A stretch of 64,000 bases of DNA from Bugula neritina (lineage: Eukaryota > Animalia > Bryozoa). Under the pieces are notes generated by a model, which had not been told where the DNA came from, did not search any database, and saw only the letters and a program-made list of their open reading frames with translations. The position numbers and the translations under genes were made by a program. Position 1 is the first letter of the stretch; every line of letters starts with the position of its first letter. Below are positions 12,641 through 26,619 of this stretch, piece by piece. The stretch covers positions 62,001 through 126,000 of the forward strand of contig OZ037768.1 of NCBI GenBank assembly GCA_964035545.1. The letters run 5' to 3'.

Positions 12641-13916
12641 CTTACTCTGATGCGATTGCTGTGAATATGCGGTAGGAAATTCCAGTTTTGTTGCCGCGCT
12701 GAAATTAGCGCACGATTCAAAGCCTCTGGTAAACTTGAGTGCAACGAAAAACACAGATAACATTAGTGTACACAAAGAAATGAGACACTGACTGTTCAGA
12801 TTTTGGAGCACTGAATTAGGACTTCTGTAGTACAGAGCAATGAGTTGAAGATTAATGCACCACTCTGGTTTAAAGAACTGTGCTTTATTGCTACATATTA
12901 TATGATTTTAGACTGTTGTGGTACAGACTACAGAGTTAATTAAAAATGATGTAGCACTTCAGATGCAGCAATATTATAACTGTTGACCGCAGGCTGTGAT
13001 AATTAGTTTAGCGGATCAATTATTGACATTTCGCATTGTTTTAGTCCTAGTGCAGTCCTAGACAGGTATAATATACCAATGTGTGCGTAAAAGTTGCTTG
13101 ATACGGCACACAATGTGAGGTCACTGAGTGCAGTGGTGCAGTGTCTCAAGTTAGGGTTAAAGTTCGATCCATAAGCACTGCACTCAGCGTCTCCAGATAT
13201 CTTGCTGCATCTAGCGGTGCCCTGTATATACAGTCTCGTTACAGAAGTCATTGATACATAAATATTTACATTTCAGAGACAGAGGCGCTTGGAACACAAG
13301 CCCGCTACCTTTTTTTACAGTTTACTGGATACCAGCTACAAGCTTCTTATTTATTGCTATGATTGTCTTAGTTGATATTTTCCTCCACAAAATCATTTAA
13401 TTTCTTCTCTATTCTATTAATAGTTGACATTATTAGACTCTTGAACTTGACAATATCATAATTATTGATTAGAAATAGAAATACTATTGCTATTACTATT
13501 AGTATTACATTTACTATTACTACCAGTATTAGTATTACTATCACATACTCATACTGATAGTGATACACTTACAGTGATACTGATACTTGATAACTTATAC
13601 TTATAGTGATACTGATACTGTTAGTGTCATAGACCATAGTCAATGTCATACCCATAGTCAATGTCATAGCCATACTCAACTGATACTGCCACTGATATTC
13701 ATATTGATAGTGATACTCATACACTTGACCTTGTACTCGGACTCCACTACTTGTAGTCTCAATTGGGCAATTAGAATTGGTAATTACTAATAGTAATACT
13801 ATTAGTATTAGTATACTATTAATATCACTATCACGATTAAACAGTTAAACTTAATGTTAGTATCGCAACTAGTACTAATACTACACGTTCTAGTAAGTGA
13901 ATTTTCAATTTCAAAG

Positions 13917-16900
13917 ATGTTTCGAGTATACGCAATAATACCAGCTGCTGGAATGGGTCAGCGACTTAACTCCTACCCAGCTAAGCAGTTTCAGCTAATT
14001 GAAGACAAGCCGGTCATTTCTTATACTATATCCTCATTTGAAAGGTGGGTATTACAAATACAATCACAATGACTATTAGTAATATAATAATAATATTATT
14101 ATAGTAATAACAAAAACCTAATCTGTACTGCTACATAGTTGCTCAAACTCTAAGTCTCACTCAGTCACTACAACTCCTACTGACCAAGCAAGACTATACT
14201 TATATTTACAATGACAATCACTAGGAGTAAGATTATGACTATAATCGTAATCAATATCATAATTGTAATCATAGTGATAATGGTACTCAGTCTCATCTAC
14301 ACTTCTCTTCTTACTCACACTATGCTAGTTAATATTATATTCATACTGATACCATGATACTGATGTGCTCACCTTCATTTAAGTGACTGCTACACTACCA
14401 GTATTTCAGCATTTTCATGCTAATACTATTTTTGTGTACTTTCTTGTGTATATTTTTTTACTTCATCTTGAGTTATCATGTTTTGTCTTAGTACTACTAA
14501 TTATCGTAAGATGTAATATTTACACCATGATATTATTTTAGTTAGATCTAATATTTGTATTGTATAATTATTAAATAAGATTTGCTCTTTTTTACAACTT
14601 GTAGGTATTTATTTTGCTCCAACCGCAATACAACCATTTTTATTTCTTGTCTGAAAGTAAAATGTTACAATTTTGCCACTGGAGTCCAGGGTTATGATTG
14701 CAGAGTGTTAGTTTCTGTCTTTAGCATGCTGTGGATGGAGAAGGTCATAGTGGTGGTGTCGGTGGAGGAGTTTGACAGGATGAGGAGGATATTGAAAGAC
14801 CACAATCACTCAGAGAAAGTGGTGCTGGTTCCAGGGGAGCCAACACGTCATGGCTCTATATTCAACGGCATTAAATACATGAAGTCTGGACACAGTGAGT
14901 GTCTCTATGGATGTGTATCTAATTAAGGGTTACTTGCTGTAGACATGTTAGTGGGCGGGACATGTTAGTGGGCGGGGCGTGTTAGTGGGCGGGATATGTT
15001 AGTGGAAGGAACATCTTAGTGGGAGGGGCATGTTAGTGGGAGGGACATTTAGTGGGCGGGACGTGTTAGTGGGCGGGACATGTTAGTGGGAGGGACATGT
15101 TAGTGGGCGGGACGTGTTAGTGGGAGGGACATGTTAGTGGGCGGGGCGTGTTAGTGGGCAGGACATGTTAGTGGGCGGGACGTGTTAGTGGGAGGGACAT
15201 GTTAATGGGAGGGACTATACTGACTAGAGTATTATATTGTGCAGATGATGTCCCCCCAGACATTGTGATTGTCCACGATGGATGTAGAATGTTTGTGGAA
15301 GATTCTGATCTCAACACTATTGCTACTGAAGCGTTCAAGAACGGGGCAAGTGTTTAGCGTATTTACATAATGTACATATTCACATAATATAATATACACA
15401 TATAGTATATAGTATAATATACACGTATAGTATAGTATACGGTATAGTGTATAGTATTATATACACGTATAGTATAGTATATTCGTATAGTATAGTATAC
15501 ACGTATAGCATATAGTATAATATACACGTATAGTATAGTATATAGTATAGTATATAGTATAGTATATAGTATCTGTATATAGTATACACGTATAGTATAT
15601 AGTATAGTATACACGTATAGTATATAGTATAATATACAGTATAGTGTATAGTATAATATACACGTATAGTATATGGTATTTTAGGCAGCAGGGTTCACCA
15701 GGCCACTGATATCTACAGTAGTTTCCAAAGACAAGGACAGTTATTTGCAGGATGTGTTTGATAGATCTCTTTGTTATGCCAGTGAAATGCCTCAAGCTTT
15801 CAAGTTTGAGTTCATTAAAGAGGCATATGAGTGTGTGAGTCATAATCATATGTCATATAATATAATATATATAATACGACATATAATATAACATATATAA
15901 TATAACATATATAGTATAACATATAATTTAACATATAATATAACATATATAATACGACATATAACATATGGCATATATAATGTAACATATATAATATACA
16001 TATAATATAACATATATAATATACATATAATATAACATGTATAATATATCATATATGCATATAGTACGACATATATGTGAAATTTGCAGGCGAGCAAAGC
16101 GGACATCGAACACGGAACTGAGTGTCTGTTACTGGTGAAGAAACATTGTCTGGGAGCTCGTGTTAAATTAATAGAGGGGGCGGAGCATCTCTGGAAGATC
16201 ACGTATCAGCGAGATTTATACTCGGCAGTTGGTGTTGTTAAAGGTAGTGCTTACTATACACTGTATACTATATACTGTATGCTATATACTGTATGCTATA
16301 TACTGTATGCTATATACTGTATGCTATATACTGTATGCTATATACTGTATGCTATATACTGTATGCTATATACTGTATGCTATATACTGTATGCTATATA
16401 CTGTATGCTATATACTGTATGCTATATACTGTATGCTATATACTGTATGCTATATACTGTATGCTATATACTGTATGCTATATACTGTATGCTATATACT
16501 GTATGCTATATACTGTATGCTATATACTGTATGCTATATACTGTATGCTATATACTGTATGCTATATACTGTATACTATATACTGTGTACTCTATACTGT
16601 ATACTATATACTGTATACTATATACTGTATACTATATACTGTATACTGTATACTACACACTGTATATTATATACTATACACTGTATACTAGTACACTGTA
16701 TACTATACACTGTATACTATATACTGTATACTATATACTATACACTGTATACTATATACTACACTGTATACTATACACTATATACTATATACTATATACT
16801 GTATACTACACTGTATACTATATACTATATACTGTATACTACACTGTATACTTACTATACACTATATACTCTATACTATACACTGTATACTACACTGTAT

Positions 16901-18519
16901 ACTATACACTGTATACTATATACTGTATACTATATACTGTATACTGTATACTATATACTGTATACTACACACTGTACACTATATACTGTATACTACACAC
17001 TATATACTACACACTATATACTACACACTATACACTGTATACTACACACTGTATACTGCACACTATATACTATATACTATATACTACACACACTGATGTA
17101 TTGGTAATCAATACTGCATTATTTTACTAACTGACATCCTTTTCACGTCAACAATGAAGTCATTGATTGAACTATTATTGATCATTTTCTGGGCTACTAT
17201 ATCCGCACACCACAAACTCACACTCACTGTGAGATGAAGCAATGATTCCTGCCTCTATTTCAGAGAACAACAGCCACATGGTGTTTGTGGGGCCTGAGGA
17301 GTTGACCTGGAGAAACCTGCTGCATGCTGTCACAAGGTCAAAGGTAGGTCACAGAGTCATGAATACAGCGCTAACTGTAGAGAGTGAGTAGTATTGAGTA
17401 TAGAGTGAGTAGTGCTGTTAGTACAGAGTGTAGTAGTACTATTAGTACAGAGTGTAGTAGTATTATTAGTATACAGTGTAGTAGTACTATTAGTATAGAG
17501 TGTAGTAGTATTATTAGTATACAGTGTAGTAGTATTATGAGTACACAGTGTAGTAGTACTATTAGTATAGAGTGTAGTAGTATTATTAGTACAGAGTGTA
17601 GTAGTACTATTAGTATAGAGTGTAGTAGTATTATTAGTACAGAGTGTAGTAGTACTATTAGTACACAGTGTAGTAGTATTATTAGTACAGAGTGTAGTAG
17701 TATTATTAGTATAGAGTGTAGTAGTATTATTAGTACAGAGTGTAGTAGTATTATTAGTATAGAGTGTAGTAGTATTATTAGTACAGAGTGTAGTAGTATT
17801 ATTAGTATAGAGTGTAGTAGTATTATTAGTACAGAGTGTAGTAGTACTATTAGTACACAGTGTAGTAGTAGTATTACTCTGTTGACATAATTTCAGGATT
17901 CCTGTACAAGTGCGACTGTTAGTGCAATTCCGAAGCCCACAATAAGGAATGTGATACTATGCTACAATCGCTACAGCGCGTCTTCCCTCACCATGGATAC
18001 AAAGGAAGTTGTGGAATACTTTGCTAAATTTTGTATGAAAAACTGCACAATTATAATCATAGTGGCCACATCCAAGATGGCCGAAGCACTGACTGAAATG
18101 AGAAATCAAGTGCAGCTAATAGCAAAAAATGTCTTAGATAAAAGTGTTGTTGTTTACGGGATATGTACTGGGAAGGTGATTAATATATGTACTTACTCTG
18201 TAATATATGTACTTACTCTGTAATATATGTACTTACTCTGTAATATATGTACAAGTTGCAACCTAATATATACTCACAATGTAATATATATACTTACACT
18301 GTAATATATATATATATATACTTTGTAATATATGTACTTACTCTGTAATATATATATACTTACTCTGTAATATATGTACTTACTCTGTAATATATATATA
18401 CTTACTCTGTAATATATATATATTTACAGGACCCGGTTATCAACGTCATCAGTAAAACTATAGCATCTGTAATCAGAGACAGAAATAGAGATCTTACGGG
18501 GCAGCTCTTCATCTTCTAA
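13917..18519 (+). CDS. CRPPA: CDP-L-ribitol pyrophosphorylase A / ISPD, 8 exons
   Basis: Exons 13917-14044, 14725-14894, 15245-15345 (GC donor), 15685-15834, 16090-16243, 17264-17343, 17897-18175, 18430-18519. Motifs AIIPAAGMGQR..PAKQF, TRHGSIFNG, IVHDGCR, ASEMPQAF, GTECL..LWKITYQRDLY, and C-terminal IASVIRDRNRDLTGQLFIF. Confidence 0.92.
14942..15215 (+). repeat. 17-bp G-rich intronic array, about 16 copies
   Basis: Unit GTTAGTGGGMGGGACAT. Confidence 0.9.
16255..17095. repeat. 14-bp TATACTGTATGCTA array grading into degenerate 7-bp units
   Basis: Direct inspection; ISPD intron 5. Confidence 0.9.
17410..17875. repeat. 27-bp intronic minisatellite
   Basis: Unit AGTACAGAGTGTAGTAGTATTATT with variants. 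Confidence 0.85.
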
Positions 18520-18931
18520 CCTCCAAGTGGCGAGAACATCTTCTACTCCCGGCTTGAAGGCTCATTATACATCTATTGATCTCAAAACTGGCTTTGTGCA
18601 ATCAATCATGTTTACTTATAGGACAGGTCATTGCACTAGTCCGGACTAGCGAACTGTATGTACATATTATACACTTGTATAGTAACACTAATGTATTGTT
18701 TTATTATAACTGTAGTCAATTTTACACTTTTTACACCTTTTGGTGTTTTTATTATTCTACATAATATCACAAAAATATAAAAGGGGTGGTTTGACACTCA
18801 GACATTGCCAAAATAAAATAAATAAAAATAATATAAATATTTATATTGTGCGAGACAAATGATATTGTACCTTCCAATATACAATTATTTCTATTTTTAC
18901 AATTCTCATTTGGTATTATCTTCTCCTGGTA

Positions 18932-21900
18932 TCAAAACGTACTCTGGTTTAATATAAATAGTCTGCTCTCCTCCCTCTTTATCCATCTAAGTAGTTTATA
19001 TACAGTAGAGATAGCAGTTTTCTTATCCGAGAGGGGACTGAAGACAGCGTATAGTTCGAACCCCTGCGTTATCTACATACAAGTACACAACAATTAAGTA
19101 CTGTAAGTCACTGTAAGTCAAAGTAAATACTGTAAGTCACTGCCAACTGGAGTGTGTTACACAACAGATACTGTCAGCTTACCCAGCCAAGGATGCTTTC
19201 GTATGCATAGGTTTGGTAGAGAATGCGTAGAGGTCTGTGTGCACAATGCATTCTGCCATGGATGCTCATGTAGAGGTCTTGTAGTCTGTGTCTCTGCACA
19301 TCCGTCACGTACGGAGCAGTCGGCTCGGGGCTGGTCATGTGACCACAACTCTTAGACTTATAGACAAAGTGCCACAATTCCGGCATTCCAACCTACACAC
19401 ACTTACACTGTACATACATAGTACATACATTGTACATACACTGTACTTCCACTTACATTGTACTTACACTGCACATACACTTACACTGTACATATACTTA
19501 CACTGTAAATACACTTACACTGTACATATACTTACACTGTACTTACACTGTACATACACTTACACTGTACTTCCACTTACACTGTACATACACTTACATT
19601 GTACTTACACTGTACATACACTTAAACTGTACATACACTCACCTGTTGTGTTGAGTAGCCATGGGAACTGACAGACTCTGCTATGGACTGTAAACAGCTG
19701 TATCTATTCAGTCTCTAAAATATATCATGTTACACTTACACTACATAGAGATGTACTTACACCTACATAGAGACGTACTTACACTACATAGAGACGTACT
19801 TACACTACATAGAGATGTACTTACACCTACATAGAGATGTACTTACACTACATAGAGATATACTTACACCTACATAGAGATGTACTTACACCTACATAGA
19901 GATGTACTTACCTCAACTATTCGAGTCTTACAGTCGGACAGAACGGGGAAATGCTCGCTATCAACTGTGAGAAGCAGCAGGCAGGTGTTGCAGGGTTCAT
20001 CTAAATACGAGATGTAGGCGTACAGGAATCCGCTGTAACGTAATATATGCTCAGAATAACGTAATATATACTCAGAATATTGTAATATATACTCAGAATA
20101 ATGTAATATATACTCAGAATATTGTAATATATACTCAGAATATTGTAATATATACTCAGAATAACGTAATATATACTCAGAATATCGTATTATATACTCA
20201 GAATAACGTAATATATACTCAGAGTAACGTAATATATACTCAGAGTAACGTAATATATACTCAGAATATCGTATTATATACTCAGAATAATGTAATATAT
20301 ACTCAGAATATTGTAATATATACTCAGAATAATGTAATATATACTCAGAATAATGTAATATATACTAGGAATATCGTAGTTAGCATATTTATACTCAGAA
20401 TGAGGTATTTAGTATATTCATACTCAGAATAAGGTGAAGGGATAGATAAGCAGACGTTACCTGCTATCAAACTTGGGTAAGCACACAGGAAGCCATGATT
20501 CAGCAGTTTTGAAGGAGTCAGATGATTGCACCATGTTGAGCAAAAGGTGAAGGTCAAGTGAGTGTAAAATAAACTTTTTCATTCTCACTGAGCTGACTAA
20601 TTGATTATGACTAACAACGACAGCAAACACCAAGTCCTGTAACGACAGCAAACAAGTATTACTTGAGGATATTGTGCAACAGAGAGGAGTTAGTGTAACA
20701 GAGTGAAGACACTGGGAGAAGTAACAGGGGGATATAGATACAGTGAAGACACTGGGAGAAAGCTACTATAGAGTAGAGCCACACCTTGACCTTGCTACAG
20801 CACTGGACTATAGTTTGAGTGAACGTGTCTCGGACACTGGACTGTAAGGGGAGACACCTGACCGCTCCTAGTATGTAGCTAGGATCCCTGTCTATCACAT
20901 TGAGTAGGTTATCTATGAACTTTTCTGTGCCAGACAGCATACGTCGCAGGTCAAAGTTCACTCTGTCTTTGAATATCTTGTTGAGTGAGGTGAGAGTGAG
21001 AACACAGAGTATCTGGTTGTAGACATAGTTGAGTTGAATGTGTAAGTGTCTTACTGATTCTTCCCCGCTACAACACGTGACTTACTATAACTTACTATAA
21101 CATCTTACTTACTATACCATGTAGCTTACTATAACATGTAACTTACTATAACTTACTATAACATGTAACTTACTATAACTTACTATAACATGTAACTTAC
21201 TATAACTTACTATAACATCTTACTTACTATAATGTGTTACTATAACTTACTATAACATCTTACTTACTATAATGTGTTACTATAACTTACACTTATTATT
21301 TAAGTTTCACTCATCATAACATATACTTATATGATGTGCATTGACAGCAATTTACAGATAGCATACTGACTGTAAATAATAACCCACCTGGTTACAGCAA
21401 CTAATGTCAAATGCTCTTTTATTAGGAACACAAACCGCCGATCACCAGCAACTATCATTTTCAGAACGTCCCTTTGACCCCCGTGAGCAATGAAGGATAC
21501 TAAGGCTTGCATGACTCCGTACACCGTAACCAACTTTTCCTCATTCCCGTATCTAACAGCAAACCGCGTAGAGATATACCTACTGAGAAACCTGGATATT
21601 CTTTATGTTCACAACTCACACCCACAACTCACACCCACAACTCACACCTACAACTCACACCCACAACTCACACCCACAACTCACACCTACAACTCACACC
21701 CACAACTCACACCCACAACTCACACCCACCTGCTGTATATCGGTTTGCCTGACTCGCTCAACACAAACACATGTTTCCGTTTGTTCTTCCAATCGTCGCT
21801 CTGAACATACTCGAGATCGGAGTCGGACTCTGATATGAGTGAATCGCTCCTCATTATCTTCAACTTCTGCATCGTATCAGTGATAGTGGAAGACTGGCAA

Positions 21901-22638
21901 ATACAGCAATACTTGCTATTCACTAAACCTACACACAAATTACTCATTACAAATAACTTGCTGTTATATAATATAGAAGTAAGTCAACATGACACAGTGA
22001 GAAAGTACTCTCACCATGTTTGTAGACTTATCACATTCTTGAGAAGCACCGTACTCGTAGTCTGACTCAGACTCCGAGACGTTGGCACTAGCAGACGAGC
22101 TATTGCCAACTTCATCCGTAGAAAAGGACAAAACTGAATCACTTTTCTTCAATGACTCCACGGAGGTCATCTGCTTCTTGATATCCTGTTTAATCTGGTT
22201 GATGACTCCCCCTTGACTTCTGCTTCTATGTCTATGTTTTGGTGTGACATCCCCTAAAGTATCTATCTGTACGCTACATTCACCCCCCTCCCAGCTGTCC
22301 TCTACTTCCCCCAACACTTGCATCAGACTCCTTGTTCTCCTCTCCTCTGAGTGACGAGGTGGAAGCAGACTATTCGCCTCGCAAGTCTCCGACTCTTTCT
22401 CCAACTCCATCTCACTTTCAGTTGAAATCTCTACTCGGTCACGTGTGGGAGTGCCACTTGAAGTGTCTTTCAGCACACTTCTGTCGAGGTGAGAGTTTAC
22501 AACTCCACTACTTTCAGGGCAATGATTAGTGTCATCATTTGAAATTTTGTTTTTATCTATAAATGATGGGTTGGGCTCATCATGATTATGACCATCAGAA
22601 ATGTCAACTAGAATAGCATCCTTAGCAGTGGAGGACAT
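18932..22638 (-). CDS. MON1: Vacuolar fusion protein MON1 (Mon1-Ccz1 Rab7 GEF subunit), 9 coding exons
   Basis: Exons 22638-22015, 21893-21730, 21552-21388, 21067-20785, 20636-20461, 20032-19912, 19714-19643, 19392-19183, 19072-18932. Motifs KHVFVLSESGKPIYSRYG, NFDLRRMLSGTE, ESWLPVCLPKFDSSGFLYAYISY, LLRWIKREESRLFI. Confidence 0.93.
19395..19911 (-). repeat. Two donor-seeded arrays in MON1 introns (19395-19640, about 17 bp; 19730-19911, 21-22 bp)
   Basis: Minus-strand units GTAAGTGTATGTACAGT and GTAAGTACATCTCTATGTAGGT start at the real donors. Confidence 0.8.
20037..20410. repeat. 21-bp intronic minisatellite
   Basis: Unit GTAATATATACTCAGAATAAC; it abuts the MON1 acceptor at 20033. Confidence 0.9.
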
Positions 22639-22899
22639 AATAATGAGTACCCATTAAATTATGGACAAGATACCAGACACCAGGAGTACGACTCAGTTTG
22701 ACTAGTAAGACTCAATTTGATAAGTACGACTCAGCTTTATACTCCAAGTTTGTTGTTTAACTTCAAATGTTTTCGGTTTTCAACTTGTTGGAGTCTATTC
22801 TGAACCAACCAGCTTTCCCCAAGAGTAATACAGCCAACTCAAACTCAAACAGATTCTAAAAGTATAACATAAACATAGCCCTTGCAATAGCACAAGGTA

Positions 22900-23397
22900 A
22901 AATGAGATGTAGGTTAGTGTACATACAGTATGTGAGATGTAGGTTAGTGTATATACAGTATGTGAGATGTAGGTTAGTGTACATACAGTATATGAGATGT
23001 AGGTCAGTGTACATACAGTATATGAGATGTAGGTTAGTGTATATACAGTATATGAGATGTAGGTTAGTGTACATACAGTATATGAGATGTAGGTTAGTGT
23101 ACATACAGTATATGAGATGTAGGTTAGTGTACATACAGTATGTGAGATGTAGGTTAGTGTACATACAGTATATAAGATGTAGGTTAGTGTACATACAGTA
23201 TATGAGATGTAGGTCAGTGTACATACAGTATATGAGATGTAGGTTAGTGTACATACAGTATATGAGATGTAGGTTAGTGTACATACAGTATGTGAGATGT
23301 AGGTTAGTGTACATACAGTATATGAGATGTAGGTTAGTGTACATACAGTATGTGAGATGTAGGTTAGTGTACATACAGTATATGAGATGTAGGTTAA
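22900..23397. repeat. 30-bp minisatellite, about 16 copies, upstream of the MON1 CDS
   Basis: Unit TATGAGATGTAGGTTAGTGTACATACAGTA. Confidence 0.95.
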
Positions 23398-25384
23398 TCA
23401 AATAACCAGTGCAGTGCAGTAGTCTAATATATCCCTATCAGTGAAATAAATGAAGGCTTTTGGCAATAAACTGTGTTTATTTCCTATTTAAATTTACAGA
23501 TTTAACAATTATGGAAAGTCACAAAAATTTGCTCAAACATAATCTATTCTTGATCCAGTAATTTCAAGACATTCGCATCAGTAATCATATTCATATTGAT
23601 ATACTTATACTCTATAACTTATAGTAGTATAAATATTGATTTTTCATTTTCAGCTTGAGTAGAAAATAATTCTAAGTTATCAACATCAATATGATTTCGA
23701 TAATTCATAATAATAGCAATAGAGAATCCAATGATCATTATAACTATTACAAATATGATTTTAATAATGATCTTAAAGTAATAAAGTTAAACTGATAGTA
23801 ATTGATTATAACCTACAAGTATAATTTGTACTACAAGTGCGAATATTTCAGACATTTTAAATCCCTAACTCTAAGAGTAAATCTAATGATTATGATGATC
23901 ATCATAGTCATTTGTATTTATAATGATAATCATTATGATTATATTTATTGATTATGATACTAAAATTAATAAGAATAATAATTTTCAATTTAAATATTAA
24001 TATTATACATCATCATCTGAACATGATCAAACCTTATATTTTTCAATTCCAGTGACACTGACACTGCCAGTGACACTAACACTAACTCATTACTCAAATT
24101 GAAACTGTGATACTCCAACTTAAACTGATACTAATACTAATACTGAGTAATACTAATAGTAATACAATTACTAATAGTAATACTAATAGTAATATTAATA
24201 TTCAATTTAATACCCATACTGATACTCATACTGTAACTTTCACCTTGATAGTCAGTCACAGTATCACACTCAGTAACTCACTAATTCTGAGTCTCAGGCT
24301 GATAGCATTGATAATGATAATCAAATTCAATCATAATGCTAATCAGTCAATTTAATCACATTCATGATTCAATATGAATAATTTAATTTCAAATTCATCA
24401 CCATTGTATTTGTAATACTAATAGCCATATTGATATTTAGCATTTTTAGCGAATATGATAATTATCAAAATGTGCCAAAAAGTTTAAAACTCGGCTGACT
24501 CCAATTTATTGCAAACCACAATGGCAATCATAATGTGATTCAAAATTGTTGTGTATTTTTTATTTTACTAGAAATATTAAATTACTGTATTGGTATTGGT
24601 ATTACTATTGGTTAATTAGCTACTCCTCTTTTGAGGTGTCACACGGTAATATCGTCGTTATTAAGCTACATGCGTAATTGTTAGATATTAAAATATAAGT
24701 AATGCTTTATTTGATAGATCATCTTTCAAATAATTTTATTTTTATTGTTTAATAAAAATATATAATTTAGTAAAATTCAATTGTTTCGTTCAATGCCATT
24801 ACAGAACTATAATATATAACATTGTCGACTTTAAATAACAACAATACTGCGACGTCACGCGTGTAAACAAATACAATAGTAGCAGCGATGGGCTAAAATT
24901 CGTTTGTTCTAAATCCCTTTATTGCTATAATGATGATCATTATACAAAATTATTCACATTGCGATTGTGTATAATAGAGTATTAAATTTCGTTTCTTATA
25001 TAATTCTATTGCTGAAAAGTGAAAACAGTCTATCGTCACACCAAATTGAAATAGTCAAGACAGCTCAATATCAATTTAATCTCATAAACTTGAAGTAGCA
25101 AAACACTAACACTAACAGCAACTTGACTTAAAAGTTTAAACTGAGATAATTTTCACTAGTACTAGTAGTACTGGTTGGTTGGACTCGAAGTTGATAATAA
25201 TACGACTTTGTAGTTGACAAAAAGTAAGTACAAATGCGCATTTACTTTTCATTAACTACTAAAACTTAACGTTACAGTTACACTCACACAATTCATTAAA
25301 ATATTGTTATATATATATGTAGAACTTAGTGTAATTGTTTAAGCATCATGGAATGTATTAGTAATAATTCCACTTTCAGTGAAC

Positions 25385-26619
25385 ATGGAAGGCGAAGTAT
25401 CACCTTCAGATATTAAGTTAAAGCCGCCTCCATCTAAAGCAGATGTGATGAAGATAACATCTGAAAATGCTGAGCTGTCAGCTGAAGGTTCATCTGGTAG
25501 AGAGGATACTAAAACATTCCCTCCACCAGATGAGATACCAGCAGCATTAGAAGGTGATCTAGCAGCAGCTGATCATACTCCAACTGCTTCTGTATCTGAC
25601 AATGGTAACTCCGTGATGTACTCCTCGACCTCCAACAGTCAGAACATCCAGGTGAGTGAGTCTTTTGTTGAATTACTAACTGTGTACTATACTTACTAAT
25701 TACTAAGTACTATACTTACTAATTATTGTGTACTATACTTACTAATTACTATGTACTATACTTACTAATTACTAAGTACTATACTTACTAATTACTATGT
25801 ACTATACTTACTAATTACTGTGTACTGTACTTACTAATTACTATGTACTGTACTTACTAATTACTATGTACTATACTTACTATGTACTATACTTACTAAT
25901 TACTATATACTGTACTTACTAATTACTATGTACTATACTTACTATGTACTATACTTACTAATTACTATGTACTGTACTTACTAATTACTATGTACTATAC
26001 TTACTAATTGTTATGTACTATACTTGCTAATTACTATGTACTGTACTTACTAATTACTATGTACTATACTTACTAATTACTATGTACTATACCTACTATG
26101 TACTGCACTTGCTATATACTGTACATTCTATGCGCGTGAGTTGTTTACAGCAGTCTGTTGAAGCTTCTACTCCCCACGAAAACACTCCACAGTATTGGCT
26201 TGATCGACAAAAACCGGTGAAAGAAAAAAATTTGAAAGTTTACAAACTCATTTCGGTCTTAGCCATCATCCTTTTCTTCCCTCTTGGCATTGTAGCCTTT
26301 TGGCATTCGCTTAAACTAGAGCAAGATTTCCACCAGGGAATACTCAAAGGTAGCAGTTTTAATCTTTTCCAATATATTAAAGTTACAATCTGTTTATTGC
26401 TACTTCCTGTCATCACATGAGAGTTTGCCATTTCCCCTCCTAACTCTCCCTTCTCTTGCAGGTGACCTTTCAGAATGCAACAAGAGAGCTCTAAGACTCA
26501 ACAAATTGCTTATACTCAGCTTTACCTGCAGTCTATTCACTGCTCTAGTAGCGCTGGCTCTCATTGGTGGAATCAATGGACATAATGGTCATAGCCCGGC
26601 TTACAGTGTCATTCCATAG
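25385..26619 (+). CDS. CD225/dispanin-family membrane protein (PRRT/SynDIG/TMEM233-like), 3 coding exons
   Basis: Exons 25385-25651, 26151-26349, 26462-26619. A disordered Pro/Ser/acidic N-terminus is followed by LISVLAIILFFPLGIVAFWHS...GD...RAL.. and a second hydrophobic helix, which is the CD225 pattern. Confidence 0.7.
25673..26100. repeat. About 23-bp intronic minisatellite
   Basis: Unit TACTTACTAATTACTATGTACTA. Confidence 0.88.

Noticed and set aside
12641-12811. Signal-peptide-like N-terminal extension of the DSCC1 ORF
   Set aside because: The ORF opens at a non-ATG codon, DCC1 is nuclear, and homology begins after MELGEQ; most likely 5' UTR.
13917-18519. IspD as evidence of a MEP pathway or bacterial HGT
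   Set aside because: The gene is intron-rich and has the animal CRPPA C-terminal domain; it is the standard dystroglycan glycosylation enzyme.
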